Assembly: GCA_037444445.1 (NCBI GenBank)
Contig: JBBIMK010000022.1
Span: forward strand, 1-32,000
Length of the DNA: 32,000 nt
Direction of reading: 5' to 3'
Origin: a bacterium
Lineage (GTDB): Bacteria > UBP7 > UBA6624 > JBBIMK01
Under the pieces are notes generated by a model. The model searched no databases. It was not told the DNA's origin and saw nothing but the letters and a program-made list of their open reading frames with translations. Each line of letters begins with the position of its first letter. Position 1 is the stretch's first letter. The translations under genes and the position numbers were made by a program. Below, piece after piece: positions 16,443 to 22,878 of this stretch.

Positions 16443-16463
16443 TCCCGCTGTTTTTTAGCGGGA
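16443..16463 (+). terminator. Small hairpin just after the stop of the 1385-aa gene
   Basis: TCCCGCT-GTTTTTT-AGCGGGA forms a 7-bp stem. The T-run lies in the loop rather than after the stem, so a terminator function is doubtful. The REP copy at 16473 follows 10 nt later. Confidence 0.2.
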
Positions 16464-16472
16464 CAGGTTGCC

Positions 16473-16510
16473 CTGAGATTTTGGGGTCAGACCCCAAAAT
16501 CTCAGTTATT
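16473..16510. repeat. REP-like element: perfect 33-nt palindrome with central A
   Basis: CTGAGATTTTGGGGTC-A-GACCCCAAAATCTCAG followed by TTATT. The left AATAA arm is missing. Located downstream of the 1385-aa surface protein gene. Confidence 0.85.
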
Positions 16511-16632
16511 TTTGCCTGTTGCCACTGAAAGCCTTTCGGGTGTAAACATTCTATCCTCCTTCTACCTCCTTTCCATTCTTTTTCTACTTCATTTTGCTCT
16601 ACGCTTTTGTAGTAGAAGGACGGGTGGTAGAA

Positions 16633-17976
16633 ATGGGAGATAAAGAGGGAAAAGGGAATGGAGAAAAGGGAAAGGGGAATGGAGGAGGAATACTCGCTTT
16701 ATGGATGTTTCCACTGTGGGCGCTGGTTTCTTGCAGCGGTCCTACTGGCATCTCGCCTGGTCCTTTTCCCAGTTATGTAGAGGGGTATGTGCTGAGGGGT
16801 GGGAGTATTTCACCCTCCGGTGAAGGCTCGCCCTCTTCGGCGAACTCCTGCGGTTCTCCTGCAGGCTATGAGCCTATAGCGGGAGCGAGCGTGAGCCTTC
16901 TGGCTTCCTCTTACTTCACCACTACGAATTCTTCTGGATATTTTCGGCTGTATGCTCCACAGGGCAGTGAGACCCTTTCCGTATCCGGGACGGGCTATAA
17001 AACCACCACTTATCCCGTAAATATACCGGAAACGGGGCCAGCAGGGTTCGGCACTCAGAATTGCATTTCTCTGCCGAGAGATGATACGACAGCGTTTGCA
17101 ACTTCAATTTCACAGGTGGATACGAGTGTGCCTTCCGCGATTGGAGTGTTTTCTGCTGTGGCGGATGCCACGGGAAAGCAGGTTCTGGGTATGCCTGCAA
17201 ACTCATTCTCCGTCCGCATAGGGGATGAGAACGGGCTCAATTTCCAGCCCATTCCTATCCTCTCCGTTCAGCAACTTACAGGCTCGGGAGAAGCGTATGA
17301 GCCATTTTCCGCCGTCCTCGTTCTGGATGCCAGCGATTCTATGAATAACCCTGCAGGGGGTGGCAAGAGAAAAATTGACCTGGCGCGGGAGGCGGCAGAG
17401 TATTTCGTCCAGCATAAAGCGAGTGGCGATGAGGTTGCCCTGATTATCTTTGACCACCGCATCACCTTCCATCAGGACTTCACCACGAATTCAGCGGTCC
17501 TTCTGCAGGCTTTGAAATCGTATGACCCCGACGACCCGGGATATAAATGGGGAGGGAGCACCGCTTATTACGATGCCGCCTACGAGGGAACCCAGCGCCT
17601 GAACCCTCGCTCAACACGGAGAAAATATAATATCACCCTGACAGATGGCCTGGACAATTCCAGTGTTCACACCTATATGGAAGTGATACTGACCGCTCAC
17701 AATGCGGGCATACCGGTTTATACCGTGGGCGTGGGACCGGATGCGGATAAGCAGATTTTGAAGAACATCGCCGACGGCACGGGCGGGCAGTTCACTGAAG
17801 TGAACGATGCCACGAAAATCCCCGATGCCTTCGCCGGCATCCTCACCCAGGCGCAGTATACCTACCGGCTTGTGCTGAATACTTCAGGACTGTCCACCGG
17901 TCAGCACACCATAGAACTGGCGGTGAACTTCGCCGGGATAACCGGCACCGCCTACCAGATTTTCACCCAGCCCTGA
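16633..17976 (+). CDS. von Willebrand factor A (vWA) domain lipoprotein with an N-terminal carboxypeptidase-regulatory-like beta-sandwich
   Basis: The ORF is open from 16594 (TTG). ATG 16633 gives a Gly/Lys-rich n-region, the hydrophobic ILALWMFPLWALVS and a lipobox Cys. The MIDAS motif VLVLDASDSMN plus downstream TAYYDA and LTDGLDNS support vWA. GASVSLL...TTNSSGYFRL resembles a CarboxypepD_reg domain. Confidence 0.8.
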   Translation: MGDKEGKGNGEKGKGNGGGILALWMFPLWALVSCSGPTGISPGPFPSYVEGYVLRGGSISPSGEGSPSSANSCGSPAGYEPIAGASVSLLASSYFTTTNSSGYFRLYAPQGSETLSVSGTGYKTTTYPVNIPETGPAGFGTQNCISLPRDDTTAFATSISQVDTSVPSAIGVFSAVADATGKQVLGMPANSFSVRIGDENGLNFQPIPILSVQQLTGSGEAYEPFSAVLVLDASDSMNNPAGGGKRKIDLAREAAEYFVQHKASGDEVALIIFDHRITFHQDFTTNSAVLLQALKSYDPDDPGYKWGGSTAYYDAAYEGTQRLNPRSTRRKYNITLTDGLDNSSVHTYMEVILTAHNAGIPVYTVGVGPDADKQILKNIADGTGGQFTEVNDATKIPDAFAGILTQAQYTYRLVLNTSGLSTGQHTIELAVNFAGITGTAYQIFTQP

Positions 17977-18020
17977 AATAACTGAACTTTTGGGGTCTGA
18001 CCCCAAAAGGTGACATTATT
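17977..18020. repeat. REP-like nested palindrome, arm type A/B (chimeric)
   Basis: AATAACTGAAC-TTTTGGGGTCTGACCCCAAAAG-GTGACATTATT, starting directly after the vWA gene's TGA. Confidence 0.85.
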
Positions 18021-18043
18021 TCGCGATATAATTTAGAATCAGG

Positions 18044-18985
18044 ATGCCGCGTTCACTTCGCATAGAATTTGAGGGGGCCTTTTATCACATTTACTCCCGA
18101 GGGAATAACCGTCAACCCATCTTTCGTGATGATAATGACTTCCTCTATTTCTTAAAAAATCTGGAAAAGCAGAGGGAAAAATTTCGGGTCCGGTTATATG
18201 CCTTTTCCCTTTTGAACACTCACTTCCATTTCCTACTGGAAACGGAGAAGGCGAATCTATCCCGAATGATGCACGATTTTTTGACAAAATATGCGGTCTA
18301 TTTCAAGAAAAAGTATGCGGCGGAAGGGCATATATTTCAGGGGCGTTATCAAGCCATTCTGTGCGACCGGGATTCCTATTTACTGGCGCTGAGCCGATAT
18401 ATTCACTTAAACCCCTATCACGCAGGTCTGTGCGATGACCCTCTCCAGTATCCCTGGAGCAGTCTACCCGTCTACCTGGGTATGCCCTGCAAGTATTCAT
18501 TAAAGGTGGAAACAGCGCTGATTTTGCAGTTGATGGGAGGGGAGGCTCATTATCTAAAATATATTCGGGATGAAATCCAGGGGGCGAGCAAGCCATGGTG
18601 TCCAGCGCCCCGTTATTCTTTTTTAGGGTCGGGTGAATTCGTGAAAGGAGTTCTGGAGAAGTTAAAGGAGCGGAGGTGGGAAGCCCGTCATCTGGATAGT
18701 CTTCAGAAAAAGTTTGTGCTGGAGACAGGAGAGACCCCATTTAGAAATCTGGCCCGCCAAGTTTGCGAATTTTATCATATACCTGAGGAAAGCCTTTTCA
18801 GTAAGAGCCGAAAGAGAAAGGTGGTAAAGGCTCGCGGGGTTCTGGCTCTTCTATCAAAGGAAAGACTGGGGTTAAAACTCTCGGGTTTGAGTGAGAAATT
18901 GGGAATGGGGAAAAGAACGCTGCTCCGGTGTATGGAGAGGATAAGCAAGGATGAAAGGATAAAGAAGGATATGGAGGTGATTTAA
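18044..18985 (+). CDS. IS200-like HUH/Y1 transposase-family protein (RayT-like) with a DnaA_C-like C-terminal extension; paralogue of 9519-10463
   Basis: 313 aa, colinear with the first copy over its whole length. Shared motifs are YHIYSRGNNRQPIF, HUH THFHFLLE, GHIFQGRY and RYIHLNPYHAGL, with the C-terminal RKVVKARGVLALLSKERLGLKLSGLSEKLG. REP-like palindromes flank the gene on both sides. Confidence 0.85.
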   Translation: MPRSLRIEFEGAFYHIYSRGNNRQPIFRDDNDFLYFLKNLEKQREKFRVRLYAFSLLNTHFHFLLETEKANLSRMMHDFLTKYAVYFKKKYAAEGHIFQGRYQAILCDRDSYLLALSRYIHLNPYHAGLCDDPLQYPWSSLPVYLGMPCKYSLKVETALILQLMGGEAHYLKYIRDEIQGASKPWCPAPRYSFLGSGEFVKGVLEKLKERRWEARHLDSLQKKFVLETGETPFRNLARQVCEFYHIPEESLFSKSRKRKVVKARGVLALLSKERLGLKLSGLSEKLGMGKRTLLRCMERISKDERIKKDMEVI

Positions 18986-18986
18986 G

Positions 18987-19031
18987 AATAATGTCCATGT
19001 TTGGGGTCTGACCCCAAAAGGTGACATTATT
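18987..19031. repeat. REP-like nested palindrome, arm type B/B
   Basis: AATAATGTCCATG-TTTGGGGTCTGACCCCAAAAG-GTGACATTATT, starting 1 nt after the second RayT-like gene's TAA and ending 10 nt before the next ATG. Confidence 0.85.
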
Positions 19032-19040
19032 TGTTTCAGG

Positions 19041-19904
19041 ATGAAAAAAATAGGTTTTATCGGGCTGGGGAAGATGGGGAAGCCGATGGCACTGAACCTT
19101 TATCAAGCAGGTTTTCCTCTGATGGTGTATAACCGCACGCGGGCGAAGACGAAAGAGTTTGAGGAGAAAGGGGTGCCGGTGGCAGGCTCCATAAGGGAGT
19201 TATCCTCCTCCTCTCAAGTTATCATCACGATGTTGACCGATGAGCCCACGGTGGAGGAGGTGATACGCGGGGAGGGGGGAGTTTTATCCGGTGCATTACC
19301 TGAAACGATTCTGATAGATATGACAACTGTCTCTCCATCTTTCTCACGAAAGATGCATGAATATCTGCGTCTGAAGGGCTTGAAATTTCTGGATGCGCCG
19401 GTTTTAGGGAGTGTTCGCCCGGCGGAGGAAGGAACCCTCATTATTATGGTGGGCGGGGAAAAGGAAGTGTATGAGGAATGCCGGCCCATTTTTGAGGCTC
19501 TGGGGAAGGATATTTTCTACCTGGGGGGAAGCGGAATGGGCACTTCTATGAAATTAGTTGCCAACCTTCTATTGGGCGTTTTTATGAGTGGGACCGCTGA
19601 GGCATTCCATCTGGCGAAAAAGGAGGGGCTATCGCCCGAGCAAGTGGCTCAGGTTCTTTCCGCCTCTGTAATTATCTCTCCATCGCTGAAAGCAAAGTTT
19701 CCTCTTTTCTTGAAAGACCGGTATGAGCCTCATTTCTCACTACGGCACATGAGGAAGGACCTTCGGCTGATGCTGGATACTGCTGACGAATTAAATATAG
19801 AACTGCCTCTGGTGAAGGAGGCTCATCATCTTTATTCCGAGGCGGTGGAGGAAGGGTACGGCGACCTGGATTATTCCGCGGTGGTCAAGTATCTGGCGAG
19901 GTAA
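19041..19904 (+). CDS. NAD(P)-dependent beta-hydroxyacid dehydrogenase (3-hydroxyisobutyrate / 2-hydroxy-3-oxopropionate reductase family)
   Basis: 287 aa. Rossmann motif IGFIGLGKMGKPMALNL, plus DAPVLGS, LIIMVGG and GSGMGTSMKLVANLLLG, which are typical of the HIBADH family. Confidence 0.85.
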   Translation: MKKIGFIGLGKMGKPMALNLYQAGFPLMVYNRTRAKTKEFEEKGVPVAGSIRELSSSSQVIITMLTDEPTVEEVIRGEGGVLSGALPETILIDMTTVSPSFSRKMHEYLRLKGLKFLDAPVLGSVRPAEEGTLIIMVGGEKEVYEECRPIFEALGKDIFYLGGSGMGTSMKLVANLLLGVFMSGTAEAFHLAKKEGLSPEQVAQVLSASVIISPSLKAKFPLFLKDRYEPHFSLRHMRKDLRLMLDTADELNIELPLVKEAHHLYSEAVEEGYGDLDYSAVVKYLAR

Positions 19905-19949
19905 ATAATGTCCATATTTGGGGTCAGGCACCAAAAGGTGGCACATATT
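19904..19949. repeat. Degenerate REP-like element (type B left arm), partly recruited as coding sequence
   Basis: AATAATGTCCATA-TTTGGGGTCAGGCACCAAAAG-GTGGCACATATT. The core differs by 2 substitutions from the central-A form. It overlaps the last base of the dehydrogenase stop and the last eight or so codons plus stop of the minus-strand hydrolase. Confidence 0.65.
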
Positions 19950-20727
19950 TCTCGAGGAACAGGCGCAGTCGTTCCCGGAACACCCCTTCGGACATAAAGA
20001 GAAAGGTCCCATAAGCAGGCGTCTTGCACTCAGGCACCACCCGCTCCACGGCACCGGAAGGGAAAGCAGAGATAAACTTTTCCACCTCCACAAATCCCGG
20101 GGCATCCTTGCACGCTCCCACCCACACGGGCACCCCTTTCCACCGGGAAACATTCTTCGCCATCAGTCCCTCCTCCCACCGAAACAGCATCGTCCTCGGC
20201 GTGGCAAACGCCAGCGCTCCTGGCTTCCACACCCCGGGTAAATACGCCACCACCTGCGCCGATGTCCAGCCAGACGCCACAATCCCCACCCGTCTCAAAT
20301 CCAGATAATCCAGTCCTTTCAGTCCCTGCCACATCGCCTCAAAATCTTTCCCGATTCCTTCCAGCACCTCCCGGGGAAGATTCGCCGCCCGCTGAAGTTT
20401 CACCTCCTGATGCACCGTCTCCCCATGCCCGCGAAGGTCAAAAACCACCACCGCATACCCCGCCTTCGTCAGCACCCCCGGTAAATGCTCCGTGCCAATG
20501 CTCCAGTCCACCTTACTCCCCCCATAATCGTGAACCAGAAAAATCACCGCAAACGGAGGCTTCACACGGTCCGTCTCATCCCCCTTCAATGTGGGAAGAT
20601 AAATCCGATAAGACAGGGTGAACCCATCCACCGTTTTGATGACCGGAAGTGCAGAGCCCTTTTTCTCCCCTTCTGCACCTGAAAAAGCCATTAGAAGAAC
20701 GAGTGCCATCACTGCCCGCTTCATCAT
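19924..20727 (-). CDS. Secreted alpha/beta-hydrolase-fold protein (dienelactone hydrolase/peptidase S9-like); nucleophile elbow not obvious
   Basis: The ORF track starts this gene at 20787, overlapping the upstream gene. ATG 20727 follows GGTGGTGAAGAGG and yields a signal peptide (MMKRAVMALVLLMAFSGAEG). VIFLVHDYGG and VVVFDLRGHGET fit an alpha/beta hydrolase. The expected GxSxG position reads IVASGWTSA. The last eight or so codons and the stop lie inside a degenerate REP copy. Confidence 0.7.
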   Translation of the reverse strand: MMKRAVMALVLLMAFSGAEGEKKGSALPVIKTVDGFTLSYRIYLPTLKGDETDRVKPPFAVIFLVHDYGGSKVDWSIGTEHLPGVLTKAGYAVVVFDLRGHGETVHQEVKLQRAANLPREVLEGIGKDFEAMWQGLKGLDYLDLRRVGIVASGWTSAQVVAYLPGVWKPGALAFATPRTMLFRWEEGLMAKNVSRWKGVPVWVGACKDAPGFVEVEKFISAFPSGAVERVVPECKTPAYGTFLFMSEGVFRERLRLFLEKYVPPFGA

Positions 20728-20743
20728 CCTCTTCACCACCCTT

Positions 20744-22771
20744 TTATGGCACAAACTCCGGGTCCACAAGTGACAACCCGATGTCATAATCCCCCGTCAT
20801 CGTTCTGCTCCTGTCCCGATAGGCTACCAGAATTTCATCCACCGCTGTCCCCGCTCTCGGCATATGCTGCTCCCCGCGCTCGCTGGTAATCACAAATTCG
20901 CCCAGCACCCCACCGGCGGGATTCCACATCGCACCAAAAATGTCAAACCCGGAATCTGCCACATTCCGCGTATCCATCCAGGCAACAAGGAATTTCTCCG
21001 TCTGCGGGTGATACGCCACCGAGGTGAGGATTTTTGTGGATGGATAGGTGCTGATGGGAAAAACTGGCTCCACCGGCGGGGAGCCATCCGGGGGAACCAG
21101 ACGGGCGTAAATGTCGTAATTCACCCCGGAAATCCGATGAAACGCCACAAGGAATCCGTAGGGAGATGGGGAGATGGAGGGTGCGCCAGCACTCTCCTCA
21201 AAATCCGCCACCAGAAATGAACCCCCAACTCCTCGTCCATCGCTGTCCAGCGCTAAGCCATATATGTCCGTCCCCGTAACCCCTGCCTGCTCATACACCA
21301 TCAGGGCAGTTCGCGTGAAAGAGTTTACGGAAACCACCGGCTGGGAGGACGTTCCAGGACCGGAAACCAGCTGCCACGGGGGGGAAGCGGATAGGGCGGG
21401 ACCGGTGAGCACGGAGGAGTATATCCTCCCCCCATCCACCCACACCGCAATCACCCGGTCCTCAGAACTCCCCATCCGAACCCGACTGCTGGCATTCAAA
21501 CCCACACTCACCTCAATCATTCCACCTTCCACATACGGTGGACCGTCCTTCTTCACCGCCACGGCATAAATCCCGCTATTCCCGGAACCATCCACAGACT
21601 CAAATGCCACCACAAATCGTCCCCAAACTCCCGGATACGCCACGGAAGGGCGGAGGAAATTCCTCCCCCCATCCTGTGCAATCGGAAACATCTCCCCCTG
21701 CGGGATTCCATCCCGGCTGACCCATTGTCCCCAGACTTCCCATCCTGTGCCCGCACTGCGTTGAAAAACCACAAGGAACCGGTCTTCACCAAACCGCACC
21801 GCAGGCTCCCGTTCATCCTCCGTTGAAATGACCCCGTATCTTCCGGGGCGCTCCGCCCGCTCTTCACTCCCACCACTCTCATTCCCCGCCACATCCACTG
21901 CGGTCACCACCACATAATACAATTTCCCATTCTCCAGGTTCCGAACCCGGACGGGAAAAGAAGGAGGAGCGGGAAGCAGGGATGCGTTCCATCGGCAATT
22001 GCAGGTCGCCGGGTCAATCCCTGCCTGCCCGGAGATATACACATTGTATCCCGCTACTCCATTTGCATCGGTTGACCCACTCCATTGAAGGAGAAGGCGC
22101 CGGTCTGCCGGGGTTAAACTCACCGTGGGCGCCCCTGGTGGCGTCTGGTCCACCACAAACACAAACTCCGCAGGCGTCGCATCCTCATTCCCCAATCCAT
22201 CCCGCGCCCACACCCGGAATGTGTGCTCCCCTTCTGTTAGATTGCCCATCGTCAACGGGCTTTCACAGGGCGTAACCTCCTGCCCATTGTGCTCACAGCG
22301 AAAGGTCGCTCCCTGCTCCGGAGAGCGAAACTGAAAAATCACCTGCGCCTGATGGATAAAACAAGGCTGAACAAGATTGCACGGTCCTGCCACGAGTTCC
22401 GTCTCCGGTCCTGTCCGGTCCACCACAAACACAAACTCCGCAGGCGTCGCATCCCTCTGTCCACCTCGCACCGCGCGAACACGAAAGGTATGCTGTCCCT
22501 CACCCAGACCGGATATGCTCAGGGAATACGGGCTGGTGCAGGGGGAAAACTCCCCACCATCCAGCGCGCACTCAAACTGTGCCCCGGAAGGCGTGGAGGT
22601 GAAAGAAATCACCACCTGCCCATCCCGGAAAACCGTCTGATTCGGCTCCCAACCGGTAATCTGTGTGTCCGGAACCACCGGCGGCGCGGAACCCCCACCT
22701 CCCCCACAACCCGTAAACACCACTCCCGCAAATACCACAACTCCAATAACCTTCCCTATCTTCATCCCCAT
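20744..22771 (-). CDS. Surface lipoprotein: two FxF..C.LDG..C.SP-type Ig-like modules, one FN3-like module and a seven-repeat beta-propeller-like C-terminal domain
   Basis: 675 aa with lipobox VVFTG|CGGGGG. Two modules carry F.C.LDG.EFSPC.SP...L.EG.HTFRV.A....G..DATPAEFVFVVD. An FN3-like segment follows (GYNVYISG...GKLYYVVVTAVDVAGNES). After that come seven repeats of about 50-55 aa with the pattern P.VA....FLV.[WF]....DI[YF]G.....DG...G..F.I. Confidence 0.8.
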   Translation of the reverse strand: MGMKIGKVIGVVVFAGVVFTGCGGGGGSAPPVVPDTQITGWEPNQTVFRDGQVVISFTSTPSGAQFECALDGGEFSPCTSPYSLSISGLGEGQHTFRVRAVRGGQRDATPAEFVFVVDRTGPETELVAGPCNLVQPCFIHQAQVIFQFRSPEQGATFRCEHNGQEVTPCESPLTMGNLTEGEHTFRVWARDGLGNEDATPAEFVFVVDQTPPGAPTVSLTPADRRLLLQWSGSTDANGVAGYNVYISGQAGIDPATCNCRWNASLLPAPPSFPVRVRNLENGKLYYVVVTAVDVAGNESGGSEERAERPGRYGVISTEDEREPAVRFGEDRFLVVFQRSAGTGWEVWGQWVSRDGIPQGEMFPIAQDGGRNFLRPSVAYPGVWGRFVVAFESVDGSGNSGIYAVAVKKDGPPYVEGGMIEVSVGLNASSRVRMGSSEDRVIAVWVDGGRIYSSVLTGPALSASPPWQLVSGPGTSSQPVVSVNSFTRTALMVYEQAGVTGTDIYGLALDSDGRGVGGSFLVADFEESAGAPSISPSPYGFLVAFHRISGVNYDIYARLVPPDGSPPVEPVFPISTYPSTKILTSVAYHPQTEKFLVAWMDTRNVADSGFDIFGAMWNPAGGVLGEFVITSERGEQHMPRAGTAVDEILVAYRDRSRTMTGDYDIGLSLVDPEFVP

Positions 22772-22824
22772 CTGAAATCGTAACCGGTCACACTCGGGAA
22801 AAAAGAGAAAGAAACTTCCCCACC

Positions 22825-22845
22825 TCCCCCTCAGGGTGAGGGGGG
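22825..22845 (-). terminator. Candidate intrinsic terminator or attenuator hairpin downstream of the giant PKD gene
   Basis: TCCCCCTCA-GGG-TGAGGGGGA forms a 9-bp GC-rich stem with a 3-nt loop. On the minus strand it is followed after about 9 nt by the U-rich GUUUCUUUCUCUUUUUU. That spacing is non-canonical, and the next gene starts only about 25 nt further on. Confidence 0.3.
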
Positions 22846-22878
22846 ACTTCCAGTGGGAAATCCCCCCTCATCAACCCC

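Larger units (their letters stand above)
17977..19031 (+). mobile_element. REPtron-like unit 2: REP copy, RayT-like gene, REP copy
   Basis: The HUH/Y1 gene at 18044-18985 is bracketed by palindromic elements at 17977-18020 and 18987-19031. Confidence 0.55.

Noticed and set aside
9451-19949. The recurring palindromes considered as a CRISPR array
   Set aside because: Copies lie kilobases apart with whole genes between them. They are strongly palindromic with variable arms, and no cas genes are present. A REP-type element explains them better.
19924-20787. 287-aa version of the hydrolase ORF starting at 20787
   Set aside because: The N-terminal 20 codons overlap the 3' end of the upstream 675-aa gene and precede a proper signal peptide. 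ATG 20727 has an RBS and yields MMKRAVMALVLL..., so I moved the start.
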